From Sedimentisphaerales bacterium (GTDB taxonomy: Bacteria > Planctomycetota > Phycisphaerae > Sedimentisphaerales > SM23-30), in assembly GCA_963663965.2 (NCBI GenBank), contig CAXXFK010000001.1:1-64000 (forward strand): a DNA stretch of 64,000 nucleotides, read 5' to 3'. Below, piece by piece: positions 1 to 10,342 of the stretch. The notes beneath the pieces were generated by a model. It ran no database searches, was not told the origin of the DNA, and saw nothing but the letters and a program-made list of their open reading frames with translations. The first letter of the stretch is position 1. Each line of letters opens with the position of its first letter. The position numbers were made by a program, and so were the translations under genes.

Positions 1-787
1 GCACGGCATACAAGCCATCCGGATCATACTGAGCAGGATTGCCTGCATTCCTGAAATGGCTTTCGCCAAACCGTTCGGTCGCGTTACTGAGTCCAGCCAG
101 TTTCCATTGATTATCATCAAAGATAAACCATCCACCTCCGGAATCATATTCGGCCAGGGCGCCTTCCCAGGCAGTGGGATTAGCCGGCTGGTAGCCGGGA
201 TCGTCAAAATCGGCCGTGAGAATATCTGTTTTCCAGTTCAGGCCGCAAGTTATCCCGGTTACAAAATTATTTAATGAACCTTCAATGCGGTTGGTACACC
301 AGCCTGAAATTGTATTGGGCGAATTGTCCCAGGTGTAACCATATACTGTGCCGGATGAACCGGCAGTCAGTTCTGTACCACGTTTTTTACCATAGCCGCC
401 CATGACGATCTGTTTGCCAAATTCACTGCGTTTCCGGTATAATGGCGCCCAGGTTGAAAAATTAGCCTGGGTTAATTGGATCAGCCGCAAGTCTGGCGCA
501 CTACCGTCACTGTTGGCAGACGGCGTCATAATCTGACGAACCAGATAGGATTGTCCAGCTACGACGATGATTGAATTCACACTGCCACACTGGTGGCGGG
601 TCGTGATAATAAAATCTCGATCCACGACAACACAGGATGCGTTACTGTTGAATCGCCCCACCCAGTCATCCGTGGGTCGGTCGGTCCAGGTTGCCAGATC
701 AGGTTCATAACCCGGATGAACGACAATCGCGAAGAGTTGAGTAACGGATACACAAATCAGAAAAATGAAAATTCGATATCGAAACAT
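1..787 (-). CDS. Secreted trypsin-like serine protease (runs off the left edge; not in the ORF track)
   Basis: Manual translation from ATG at 787 (GGAGG upstream): MFRYRIFIFLICVSVTQLFA signal-like start, then ITTRHQC (His), DLRL (Asp) and EYDSGGGWF (Ser) in chymotrypsin-fold triad order. Open to position 1. Confidence 0.75.
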   Translation of the reverse strand, partial: MFRYRIFIFLICVSVTQLFAIVVHPGYEPDLATWTDRPTDDWVGRFNSNASCVVVDRDFIITTRHQCGSVNSIIVVAGQSYLVRQIMTPSANSDGSAPDLRLIQLTQANFSTWAPLYRKRSEFGKQIVMGGYGKKRGTELTAGSSGTVYGYTWDNSPNTISGWCTNRIEGSLNNFVTGITCGLNWKTDILTADFDDPGYQPANPTAWEGALAEYDSGGGWFIFDDNQWKLAGLSNATERFGESHFRNAGNPAQYDPDGLYAV

Positions 788-976
788 ACTTTTAATCCTC
801 CAATAGTAAAAGTATATCAGGATTGGCCCGTTATTTCAATGCCCATCCCATTTATCTGTAAGGGTCTGATAAAATGCGGTGGTTTAAAAAAATATGATCT
901 TGAAAAGAATCCCGGAACTGGGGCATATGAAAGGAAGTGAAGTGTTTTTAACGGGTTAGATCTTGAACACGAGCCG

Positions 977-2128
977 CTATCGGGAAAAGATTCGAACAGC
1001 CTTCTCAAAGCGGTTCAGGCCTTCTGCCAGGCGTTCCTGGGATGTGGCAAAATTAAGCCGGACGTAACCATTCCCATCAAAGAATTTACCATCTGACAGT
1101 CCCAAACCGAATTGTTCAAACTGTTCGGCAGGATTGTGTAAATTCAGTTCACGCACATCGATCCAGGCCAGATAGGTGGCTTCCACGTGATCCATACGGA
1201 CTCCTGGCAGGTTGGCAATGGCTTGTTCAACCTGATCGCGCCGGGCTCGTAACTGGCCAATCATCTCTTGATACCACGCCTGACTGTCCCGATAGGCGGC
1301 CAGGGCCGCGGTATACCCCAATACGTTATTATGCGGCACGATATCTTTACGTGCCTGGTTAAACCGATGGCGTAACTGGCTATCGGGTATGATCGCAAAA
1401 GAACAATTCAAGCCGGGGATATTGTAAGTTTTACTGGGCGCCATGAGGGTGATGGTTCGGGAGGCGATGTCATCGGATAACATTGCCGTGGGTGTATGAC
1501 GAACCAGATCCAGGATCAAATCGCAATGGATCTCATCGGAACAGATCACGATATCATTTTTTATACAAATTTCAGCCAGCGCTTCCAGTTCTGCGCGTTC
1601 CCAGCATCTGCCTGCCGGATTATGCGGCGAACACAGCAGAAATAACCGGCTGCGGGGCGTAATGGCCGCCGCGAACGCATCCAGATCAAAAACCGCCCGT
1701 TGACGATCCGGGTCATTACCCAGAGGTACCGTGATTAATGAAGCGCTTTGATTGGTAGGCGCGGTCAGAAAAGGGGGATAAACCGGCACAAAACTCAGAA
1801 CTTCATCCCCTGGCGATGGCGCACAGGCCCGGCATATGACATTTAATGCGGATACCAGACCCGGCATCCAGACAATCCAATCTGGTTCTATCGTCCAGCC
1901 ATATCGCTCTAGCAAATATTCGATAATCGTTTCAATTAAACCATCCGGGGGAATGGAATAGCCAAACAGACCTTGAGTAACCCTGGCAGTCAACGCATTG
2001 ATAATCGCTGGCGATGCGGGATAATCCATATCCGCAACCCACATCGGCAGAATATCTCGACTGCGATATTTTCCCCATTTCAGGCTGTCAGACACGTGGC
2101 ATACGGTTTCAACATTAAAATCAGTCAT
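977..2128 (-). CDS. patB: PLP-dependent C-S lyase/aminotransferase, MalY/PatB family (cystathionine beta-lyase-like)
   Basis: PMWVADMD, LCSPHNPAG, SDEIHCD and APSKTYNIPG (PLP lysine) motifs. Confidence 0.9.
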   Translation of the reverse strand: MTDFNVETVCHVSDSLKWGKYRSRDILPMWVADMDYPASPAIINALTARVTQGLFGYSIPPDGLIETIIEYLLERYGWTIEPDWIVWMPGLVSALNVICRACAPSPGDEVLSFVPVYPPFLTAPTNQSASLITVPLGNDPDRQRAVFDLDAFAAAITPRSRLFLLCSPHNPAGRCWERAELEALAEICIKNDIVICSDEIHCDLILDLVRHTPTAMLSDDIASRTITLMAPSKTYNIPGLNCSFAIIPDSQLRHRFNQARKDIVPHNNVLGYTAALAAYRDSQAWYQEMIGQLRARRDQVEQAIANLPGVRMDHVEATYLAWIDVRELNLHNPAEQFEQFGLGLSDGKFFDGNGYVRLNFATSQERLAEGLNRFEKAVRIFSR

Positions 2129-2141
2129 GGGCAGCTTGATG

Positions 2142-3059
2142 TTATTTTAATTTATGGCGGCGATACCACGTTGTCATGACCAGGGCAATCACCAATTCAA
2201 TTTCGTGGCTTGAATAAATGTGCATATGGCGACACAAACGAACCGCGATTTCGACAGGATCTTCCGCGTCGTCGATCAGTGTCTTAAGTTTCTCGAATTC
2301 AATCCGGCCGGGCACGATCGATTCAACATATAATTGCAAACGTCGAAATATGGTCTTGTCGGGCAATTTATCCAGGGACATCAGGGAGCGATCAATCATG
2401 TTTTCCAGTTCCAAACCATCCAAGCCGTCCAGTACCCGGTCGGGTTTTAATTTGTCATTAGCGATCAGTCTTTTCATCCGACGGGTTGCCACGCTATCCA
2501 TGACCGCCACCATCCCGGATAGCACATAACTGCCACGCCAGGGAAATACCCGGCCCAGGAGCAACTGGCCCGGACTTAATTCTTCATTGATAATCTCTTC
2601 GTTTATTCGATAGATGTGACCTTCACGCAGTAAATCAATCGCGGCAATCTCATCACTTTGATTCACCTCCGCCACTTCAAAGATGCTCAGGACATAATTC
2701 AGGCATCCTTCCGCATCACGCAAGATGGTGTCATCCAGGCTGTCCCGGTTAAGTTCCAGCCATTTGGCCGCTGGGGTGGTTTTCAGTTCCGGAATCACAT
2801 AATCGAAAACAAACCATTCCAGGCACCGTCCTACGGCTTCCAGTTGACCGCTATGACCCGCCAGATCTTCGGGAGAAGCGCCGCAGAAAAAGGTAAATTG
2901 GGCCCTGGGACGATGACGCGCGACCTCTTCCGTACGGATCGATTCTGTCATGATCCGTTCAATAGTCTCCTGACGATACGGTAATGACGGTAAGCGTACC
3001 GCCAGATCATCCATTTGATCATCCTGATCGAAATCTGTCGCGCGTCCTTTCGGAACCAT
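2142..3059 (-). CDS. Hypothetical protein
   Basis: Long ORF, co-directional and 13 bp from patB. The EWFVFDY...SIFEV...DLL...GRVFP pattern resembles domains often found with SEC-C proteins. ATG 3059 has an AAAGG SD; the track start is 3086. Confidence 0.65.
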   Translation of the reverse strand: MVPKGRATDFDQDDQMDDLAVRLPSLPYRQETIERIMTESIRTEEVARHRPRAQFTFFCGASPEDLAGHSGQLEAVGRCLEWFVFDYVIPELKTTPAAKWLELNRDSLDDTILRDAEGCLNYVLSIFEVAEVNQSDEIAAIDLLREGHIYRINEEIINEELSPGQLLLGRVFPWRGSYVLSGMVAVMDSVATRRMKRLIANDKLKPDRVLDGLDGLELENMIDRSLMSLDKLPDKTIFRRLQLYVESIVPGRIEFEKLKTLIDDAEDPVEIAVRLCRHMHIYSSHEIELVIALVMTTWYRRHKLK

Positions 3060-3459
3060 ATTACGCCTTTCTATATCTGCCCTCAAGAATACTCAATCGG
3101 CCAATCCGTTGGCTTTTTTACTCTCAGGGTTTTGAATGTCTGATAACAATGTGTTTGTAACCATAGTTTGGTTTTTTGTCAAGCTTTACCTTCATTGACT
3201 CATCAGATCATAACATTATTGCCAGAACGCCCAACGTTTATATCATATCCAATTTATTCCAAATTACTTACGCTAGCTTGCCTGTTAAATAAATGAACAG
3301 TATGAAATGACTTCTTTTTGAACGGCTTTAGTAAAATGCAGTCCAGATTCGATCACATATCGCTTATTGTCAATACTCCCGTTTGAATGTGCGCAATAAG
3401 AGCATTTTTTTTAGAAACAAACCATAACCCGTGTTCCCTTAGCCGCTTGGATAGCTTCA

Positions 3460-4404
3460 TTAATTTTCCCATACTGATTTCAGGGCAAAAAGGCCTGTCA
3501 ACAGTGGAATAGGTTTGGCCCTCCGTTGATATTGACCGGTTTCACGAAAATGGCTTAATTGCTCACAAATACAGGTTTCCGAACCAATAATCAGACCATC
3601 AATGAAATGTTTAATTTGCCGCAGAAAAAGGCCCGGATGGACAAATCCCAACAGTTGTTCACTCTCGAGAATAGTAGCGGGAATGGATGTTTGATTTACT
3701 TTTGAATTGATCGGCGTCAGATTTCCCCGATAACAGAGGCGATAAGTATAATCTTTACAGGCTTGTGGTTCGCTGGTGTGTATATCGAAAAGGTGATGGA
3801 GGGGCAACAACCAGCCACTAACGCGTTGACCCAGGCTGCGTTGATATTGTGAACAGAATTCATAATTTTCGGGACGCTCGGCCAGACTAGCTCGGACGGG
3901 ATTGAGATCTATATAAATCATGCAATCACGTACTGCACGTAAGTCTTTTAATAATACTGACTTGAATCGAGTCGCCCAGAATCGGCCTCGACGCGCGAAG
4001 GTCTGGTTGTACCACTTGGCAAAACGGGCCTGGATATTGCGAAGTAGTTCTGAAAGGTCGAAGAGGCGATCATTGAAGGATTGCCACTGGGAACTGGACC
4101 AGTTAGCGATGATTTCCTGAGATCGTGAACCAGGGTAAAGCATTTGGGCGCGGCGGCTGAGTTCGGCGGAGGTTAACTGGGACTTGGGTTCGAAACGCAG
4201 AACCAGGTGATAGTGATTGCCCATAATAGCAAAAGCAGCAACTTCACAGCAGTAAGCACGGGTATAGTGATGAATAATGGCAAGTAGCTTATCCTGACAG
4301 CCGGATTGTTCCAATGGCCGGTCATCCGGTGAACCAGAGATGCGGCTGTAAACGTGGTAAAAAGCCGTATGATGGCTTAGCTTAAAACGAACTCGACATG
4401 ACAT
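3460..4404 (-). mobile_element. HUH/Y1 tyrosine transposase, REP-associated (RAYT/IS200-like)
   Basis: YHVYSR, AIMGNHYHLVL (HUH), RGRFWATRFKS, YIDLNPVRA (catalytic Tyr), YEFCS. Confidence 0.85.
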
Positions 4405-4490
4405 ACCATAACCCCTTATTTCAAAACATGATACAAACCATCATACCTTGTCAACAAAATAATATACACTGTGTACTTAATAAATCTTTC

Positions 4491-4522
4491 AAAAAAACCG
4501 CACCGTTTTGCAGTGCGGTATT
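4491..4522 (-). terminator. Rho-independent terminator after the hox operon/response regulator
   Basis: Minus strand ACCGCAC-TGCAAAACG-GTGCGGT followed by a T-run, just after the stop at 4529. Confidence 0.75.
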
Positions 4523-4528
4523 TTATGG

Positions 4529-4903
4529 TTACTGAAGTTTATGTTTTAGCAATGCCAGCAGCTTTTCGTTATCGATGGGTTTCTGAAACACACCGCTCAA
4601 CCCCAGCGAATTGTAATCGACCATACTGTTGAGATTGTCACCAACCGTACTGAGCATATAGATTGGCGCTTTATTACCCAGCATCTTCAATTCCTTCACA
4701 AAATTGGTGCCCGAATCGATCTCTTCCATCATCAAATCCGAAATAACCAAGTCCGGCTGTGTCTCCTTATACACTTTCAGACCGGATTCCGCCGTGGAAG
4801 CCGTCTCCACAATATATCCATTCGCTTCTAATACGATCTGCAACGAATTGAGAATATCCGGATCGTCATCGATACATAAGATCACATGTTTGCCATCTTT
4901 CAT
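4529..4903 (-). CDS. Single-domain response regulator (CheY-like receiver)
   Basis: CIDDDP, SDLMM (phospho-Asp), LST and QKP; GGAG SD before ATG 4903. Confidence 0.9.
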   Translation of the reverse strand: MKDGKHVILCIDDDPDILNSLQIVLEANGYIVETASTAESGLKVYKETQPDLVISDLMMEEIDSGTNFVKELKMLGNKAPIYMLSTVGDNLNSMVDYNSLGLSGVFQKPIDNEKLLALLKHKLQ

Positions 4904-4976
4904 GTCGTACACTCCAAACTGATTATTATTGCTCGTTTGTGCCTGTATTCAATATATTCTAACCGGTTAACCCGGC

Positions 4977-5441
4977 TTATTCGATAGTCATTTCCTTAAA
5001 ATTTTTCTTTTTTAGCGCCGTCAACAGATATTGCAGCGCCAGCGCCAGATTCTGCTGAGCCTTCAACGACAGCGTCTCGCCAAACTCGTTGAACTCATAG
5101 CCCCTGATACCCAGCACATATCCCTGGGGTTGGGCGTTAAACAGCTCTTCTGCCAGTGCTAGCACATTTTCCGGCCCGATTTCATGACTGCTGTAACTCA
5201 ACGCCGTTACCGGTTCGATCGCCTTGAAATAAAACGGCTCACGTCCCTTAACGGCCGCATCAGCGAATATCACCACATCGTAGCCGGCAACTTCCGCCGC
5301 ATCATCCACCGTCAACTGATAATTACTGTCAACCGTGACATCAACCAGCGGCTCGTTTTCCAGCGCTTCGGCCAGCGCCGGGCCCAGACCATCATCCAGC
5401 CTGCCCGGATTGCCATAGCCGATCACCATCACTCGCGCCAA
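4977..5441 (-). CDS. hoxW: Hydrogenase maturation endopeptidase
   Basis: IGYGNPGRLDDGLG, FADA and SSH motifs; immediately downstream of the large subunit gene. Confidence 0.88.
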   Translation of the reverse strand: MARVMVIGYGNPGRLDDGLGPALAEALENEPLVDVTVDSNYQLTVDDAAEVAGYDVVIFADAAVKGREPFYFKAIEPVTALSYSSHEIGPENVLALAEELFNAQPQGYVLGIRGYEFNEFGETLSLKAQQNLALALQYLLTALKKKNFKEMTIE

Positions 5442-5443
5442 GC

Positions 5444-6895
5444 TTACATTCCTTTCACTTTGCGGTCCAGCAATTCACCTTCCGCGCCATGAATCTCCAC
5501 GATCAGCGGCATCTGGCCCAGTGCGTGGGTGGCACAGCTCAAACATGGATCGTAAGCGCGAATCGCCACTTCCACACGGTTAAGCAATCCTTCGGTTATT
5601 TCCACACCCGATAGATAATCCTTGGCCACTTTCTCAACAGCCCGATTCATCGGCTCATTGTTACTGGTTGTCGATACAATCAGGTTGGCCATGACAATCT
5701 GATCGTCATCATTAACCTGATAATGATGGAACAGCGTGCCGCGCGGCGCTTCAACAATACCTACACCTTCAGGCCGACGCTCGCCCTTGGCTACCAGATC
5801 GGTCCCTTGCAGATCCGGATCGTTCAGCAACCGCTGAATCATTTCGCACGAATGCAGCAATTCGATCATGCGCGCCCAGTGATAGGCCATGGTAATATTG
5901 TTTGGCTTATTCTGGGTCACGGCCATAAATTCCTGGCGTTCTTTTTCAGCTTCCGGGGTATCGAAGAAATCGGCCGCATTGACACGAGCCAGCGGACCGA
6001 CACGATACCAGCCATTTTCCGGACCGATCGATTTGATGAACGGGAATTTCATATAGGACCAGTTCCGAACCTCTTCGGCGATATAGTCGTTATATTTCTG
6101 ATTATCCACATGGTCGAATATCGTGTTGCCTTCTGCGTCAATCGCCCGCAACCCGCCATTATAAATATCATAAGCGCCATCCTTGCGAATAATCGACAGA
6201 TGGTTGGATGGGAAGGACCCGAAATCAGCCAGATCGGCCAGATGGGCAACCGTATAATCCTTGGCAATCTTAACCGAAGCGCGCGACCAGTCCATCATCT
6301 GATCGATGTCCTTGAGGAAGCCATCCCGTTCGGCAATCGACAGGTTCTTGTTAATACCGCCCGGAATCGCGCCGGTGCCGTGAATCTTCTTGCCGGCAGT
6401 CGCTTTGATAATTTCCTGACCAAACTTGCGCATCATAACACCCTGCACTGCCAGCCCGGCGTAACGCTCATCCTTGGCTACACCAATGACGTTACGTATG
6501 GCTGGATCGGCATCAAAGCCGAATAACAGGTCCGGTGAGCAAAGGTGGAAGAAATGGAGCGCGTGCGATTGGAAAAACTGACCATGATGCATCAGCAGAC
6601 GCATTTTCTCGGCGGTGGGCGTCAGTTGATCCACACCCACAATATAGTCCATGGCCTTGGCGGCCGCCAGATGGTGACTCACCGGACAGATGCCGCACAG
6701 ACGCTGAACCATAACCGGGATCTCCCAGTATGGACGGCCCTGGATGAACCGTTCAAAACCGCGAAATTCCACGATATGCAAACGTGCCTGTTTTACTTTC
6801 TTTTCGTCATCCAGCAGAATCGTCACTTTGCCGTGACCTTCCACTCGGGTAACCGGCTCAATTACGATACGATTGGGATTAGTACTCGTCGTCAT
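5444..6895 (-). CDS. hoxH: NAD-reducing [NiFe]-hydrogenase large subunit (group 3d)
   Basis: TRVEGH, L1 RLCGICP, L2 DPCLSCATH plus a cleavable C-terminal extension. Confidence 0.95.
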   Translation of the reverse strand: MTTSTNPNRIVIEPVTRVEGHGKVTILLDDEKKVKQARLHIVEFRGFERFIQGRPYWEIPVMVQRLCGICPVSHHLAAAKAMDYIVGVDQLTPTAEKMRLLMHHGQFFQSHALHFFHLCSPDLLFGFDADPAIRNVIGVAKDERYAGLAVQGVMMRKFGQEIIKATAGKKIHGTGAIPGGINKNLSIAERDGFLKDIDQMMDWSRASVKIAKDYTVAHLADLADFGSFPSNHLSIIRKDGAYDIYNGGLRAIDAEGNTIFDHVDNQKYNDYIAEEVRNWSYMKFPFIKSIGPENGWYRVGPLARVNAADFFDTPEAEKERQEFMAVTQNKPNNITMAYHWARMIELLHSCEMIQRLLNDPDLQGTDLVAKGERRPEGVGIVEAPRGTLFHHYQVNDDDQIVMANLIVSTTSNNEPMNRAVEKVAKDYLSGVEITEGLLNRVEVAIRAYDPCLSCATHALGQMPLIVEIHGAEGELLDRKVKGM

Positions 6896-7006
6896 TATGT
6901 GTATTCCTGTGATTTATACGATGATGTTATCGATTTTACTGAGTGCCACACTATGCGAAGCGGCCACTGCGTCGTTTCATTCATTGATCGCAACGTAGCG
7001 CCGGTA

Positions 7007-7552
7007 TTAGTCATATTTCAGCAGCTGATAGGGCAGCGCCACCGGCTTGTCGGTCAGCAAAGCGACCAGCGCTTCCCAGATCGCGTCCGCCGGGGTCGGA
7101 CATCCCTGCAGGAAGTAATCGATTTTCACGACTTCATGACAGGGATACACTTTATTCAGCAACAACGGAATTTCCGGATCGTCCGGCACCTTGCCGCTGG
7201 GATTATACACCGTCGGTCCGTTAATATAGGCCTCTTCCAGACATTCTTTCAACGGGATCGTATTACGCATCGCCGGGATACCGCCCAGAATCGCGCACTC
7301 ACCCAGCGAAATCAGAATGTCGCAATTCTTGCGAAAATCCATCAACACCCTGACATTCTCTTCGTTGCAGCAGCCGCCCTCTATGATGCCAACGGCACAA
7401 CGCTCGGTAAATTCTTTGATATCGTCAATCGGCGATTTGTTGAAATCCACCAGATCGACCAGTTTCAGAATTCGGTCATCGATATCGAGCAGCGACATAT
7501 GACATCCGAAACAACCTGCCAATGATGCCGTCGCGACTTTTGGTTTTGCCAT
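7007..7552 (-). CDS. hoxY: NAD-reducing hydrogenase small subunit
   Basis: LAGCFGCHMS, GECA, GCP; short (181 aa) with a single cluster. Confidence 0.93.
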   Translation of the reverse strand: MAKPKVATASLAGCFGCHMSLLDIDDRILKLVDLVDFNKSPIDDIKEFTERCAVGIIEGGCCNEENVRVLMDFRKNCDILISLGECAILGGIPAMRNTIPLKECLEEAYINGPTVYNPSGKVPDDPEIPLLLNKVYPCHEVVKIDYFLQGCPTPADAIWEALVALLTDKPVALPYQLLKYD

Positions 7553-7633
7553 GTTTAAATCCTCGGTTATTAATCAATCGTTATGGGTTCGCATTGCTAT
7601 GCGTCGATTTTCACTTGTCTACGATTCGGGTTC

Positions 7634-8341
7634 TTACTTCTTCTCGATATCCGATCCGATCGGTTCGGCATCGTACTGCCGCTGCCCCACGGGCACCTGG
7701 TAGCCGGTCCGCTTCTTCAGGATCGCGCCGACCGGGCAGATATCCATCGCCTTGTCGCTGATATCCGCGTTGGTATCAGACAGCTTGGCCTGGGCGTTCA
7801 CGGCCACCTTCTTTTCCGGCCCGCGCCCGACAAAATCGAACACATGTTTGCCATCCAGATCCCGCGATGCCCGCACACAACGGCCGCACAGGATACAGCG
7901 GTTACGATCGATAAAAATCTGGGGGTGCGACGCGTCCACATCACGTACCGGAAACTGGAAGGGATATTTCGGATGATCGATCCCAAACCGGTAGGCCATG
8001 GCCTGCAACTCGCAATTTCCGCTTTTTTCGCAGTACATACAGTAATGGTTGCCTTCCACAAACAGCATTTCAATCAGATCCTTGCGAATCTGCTGAACTT
8101 CCGGCGTTTCGCTTTCAACCATCATGCCCTCGGCGACCGGTTGGGTACAGGCCGCCTGGGGCCGGCCGTTCACCAGCACCGTACAAACCCGGCAACTGCC
8201 AAACGGCGCCAGATCCTTATGGGCGCACAAGCGCGGGATATAAATCCCCGCTGCGTCGGCCGCCTGCATGATCGTCTGACCCGGCCGGCCTTTCACTGTC
8301 ACATTATCAATAGTAAAGGTAATTTCGCTCATTATCGTCAA
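7634..8341 (-). CDS. hoxU: Diaphorase Fe-S subunit (NuoG N-terminal-like)
   Basis: IPRLC, GSCRVC, HYCMYCEKSGNC, CILCGRC, ICPVGA. Confidence 0.93.
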   Translation of the reverse strand: MTIMSEITFTIDNVTVKGRPGQTIMQAADAAGIYIPRLCAHKDLAPFGSCRVCTVLVNGRPQAACTQPVAEGMMVESETPEVQQIRKDLIEMLFVEGNHYCMYCEKSGNCELQAMAYRFGIDHPKYPFQFPVRDVDASHPQIFIDRNRCILCGRCVRASRDLDGKHVFDFVGRGPEKKVAVNAQAKLSDTNADISDKAMDICPVGAILKKRTGYQVPVGQRQYDAEPIGSDIEKK

Positions 8342-8349
8342 TCCTCAAA

Positions 8350-10167
8350 TTAATGGGTGAAATGGACTGATTCGCGCCCGGCGATTGCGGATGCGTCACT
8401 AACTGCCGCCATGATATCGAAATTGGGCTGCATGCCGTCGATGGCCGGTTTGACACGGGTATCATAATCCGAACGGAAAAACTTCAAGGTGGTCAGAATC
8501 GGATTCGCGGAGGTCTGCCCCAGGCCGCAACGACTGGCTTTCTTGACAGTCGTGCCCAGATCCTGCAGGTATTTCAAATCTTCCGGTTCGCCCTTGCCAT
8601 CCAGAATCTTCTTCAGGCCCTGCAGCAACAGCACATTGCCGGCGCGGCACGGGGTGCAATATCCGCAACTCTCTTCAATGAAGAAATGCATGAACTTCTC
8701 GGCCACTCTCAGCGGATCGCGATTCGGCCCAAAAACCATCACAGAACCGCCCGTGCCCAGATCGTCGTAACAAATCGTCCGTTCAAATTCGCCGCGTCCG
8801 ATGATCTGACCGCTGGGACCGCCTACAACGACCAGTTTGGCGTCTTCGGCGCCCACCATGCTCAGCATTTCCGAAACGGTGATACCAAACGGGACTTCAT
8901 AAATACCCGATCGCTTGCAATCGCCCGATACGCTCAATACCTTGGTTCCCGGACTGCCCGCGGAACCCGCCTCGGCAAACCAACCGGGCCCCATCTGCAA
9001 GATACGGGCAACCGCACAGAATGTTTCCACATTATTTACCGTAGTAGGACATCCCAGGTATCCCTTTTGGGCCGGGAACGGAGGCCGGTTCTTCGGATCG
9101 CCCCGCAACCCTTCACAAGAACTCAGCAGGGCGGTTTCTTCGCCGCAAATATACGCGCCGGCGCCCATCTGGATTCGAATATCGAAATTAAATCCGGCTT
9201 TGCCGCAGGCATCGTTGCCCAGCAGATTCGCGTCACGACGTTCTTTTAATACATTTTCCAGGTAAGCCCGCAAGTAGGCATATTCCGCACGCAGATAAAG
9301 AATGCCGCATTCGGCCCCGATCGCATATCCCGCAACCGTCATGCCCTCAAACAGCAAATCGGCGCATTCGGTTAGAATGGCCCGGTCTTTAAAAGTTCCC
9401 GGTTCGCCTTCATCCGCGTTACACACCACATATTTTTGGTCGCCAGATGCGTTGCGCGTAAATTCCCACTTCATTCCAGTTGGGAATCCGGCGCCGCCCC
9501 GGCCGCGCAAACGCGATGTCTTGATATCTCGAATCACTTCGACCGGACTGAGCAGCATGGCCTTTTTCAATGAAGCGCCCCGGGGCAACGGTTCAAAAAT
9601 AACCGGGCCGCGTTTCCGGACATTATTATGCACCATGGACTGCACCAGTGCGTGAGCGTTGTTGCCATCACCCAGGGTATGCACCAGGTCTTTGGGCTCT
9701 TTGCCGGCCTGAAGTTCCCGGACAATTTCCCACGCTTTATCGCTGCTTAGATAGGTCACAACTTCATTGTTGATCAAGGCCGCGGGAGCCTGGTCACACA
9801 TGCCAATACATGGCGTCCATTCCAGGGTGATTTTGCCATCCGCAGTGGTCTGGCCGAATTGAATGCCCAGGGCCTCTTCGAATGCATGGGCCACCTTGGC
9901 CGATCCCTGCATCTCGTCAATCACATCATCGCACAACCGAATCACAATCTTACCTTTGGGCTGCTCCGACAAAAATGCATAAAATGTCACCAAGCCTTCC
10001 ACTTCAACCCGGTGACAGCCCGTCTCGGCCGCAATCAGTTTCATTGCCTCATCCGATACGCAACCAAAACGATCTTGTACCGCACGCACGATATCCATCA
10101 TCCGCGTCCGGTCATTATCGCAACCCTGACAGATTTGCTTGACTGTAGCTTGCATCTCCTGGCTCAT
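8350..10167 (-). CDS. hoxF: Diaphorase NAD/FMN subunit (NuoE-NuoF fusion)
   Basis: GRGGAGFPTG, NADEGEPGTFKDR, GAYICGEET, ESCGYCTPCR, CGLG. Confidence 0.93.
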   Translation of the reverse strand: MSQEMQATVKQICQGCDNDRTRMMDIVRAVQDRFGCVSDEAMKLIAAETGCHRVEVEGLVTFYAFLSEQPKGKIVIRLCDDVIDEMQGSAKVAHAFEEALGIQFGQTTADGKITLEWTPCIGMCDQAPAALINNEVVTYLSSDKAWEIVRELQAGKEPKDLVHTLGDGNNAHALVQSMVHNNVRKRGPVIFEPLPRGASLKKAMLLSPVEVIRDIKTSRLRGRGGAGFPTGMKWEFTRNASGDQKYVVCNADEGEPGTFKDRAILTECADLLFEGMTVAGYAIGAECGILYLRAEYAYLRAYLENVLKERRDANLLGNDACGKAGFNFDIRIQMGAGAYICGEETALLSSCEGLRGDPKNRPPFPAQKGYLGCPTTVNNVETFCAVARILQMGPGWFAEAGSAGSPGTKVLSVSGDCKRSGIYEVPFGITVSEMLSMVGAEDAKLVVVGGPSGQIIGRGEFERTICYDDLGTGGSVMVFGPNRDPLRVAEKFMHFFIEESCGYCTPCRAGNVLLLQGLKKILDGKGEPEDLKYLQDLGTTVKKASRCGLGQTSANPILTTLKFFRSDYDTRVKPAIDGMQPNFDIMAAVSDASAIAGRESVHFTH

Positions 10168-10324
10168 TAGTTTACCTCGAACTTAAATGTTTACGTTTAT
10201 ACGAGAGCGACTCTCGGCTTATCATCACTTGATCGATTTCAAAACTCAGAATCGGCTTTCCACCGTGATTATCATCATTAAAATTTGAACGCCAATATCT
10301 TAATAGCCTCTACATGTCTCTGTC

Positions 10325-10342
10325 CAGTGATTAATTTCACAA
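10325..10342. promoter_or_regulatory. Putative Rex-type operator upstream of hoxF
   Basis: CAGTGAT-TAAT-TTCACAA versus Rex consensus TTGTGAA-N4-TTCACAA; a weaker box CCGTTATTTTTATCACAA lies at 10792-10809. Confidence 0.45.

Noticed and set aside
56..1008. Track ORFs 56-274, 593-940 and 817-1008
   Set aside because: They overlap the edge-truncated protease gene on the minus strand or its promoter region, and show no motifs.
3100..3120. Terminator-like GCCAA-TCCG-TTGGC-TTTTTT on the + strand
   Set aside because: The stem is short and oriented against both flanking genes; no + strand transcript is supported.
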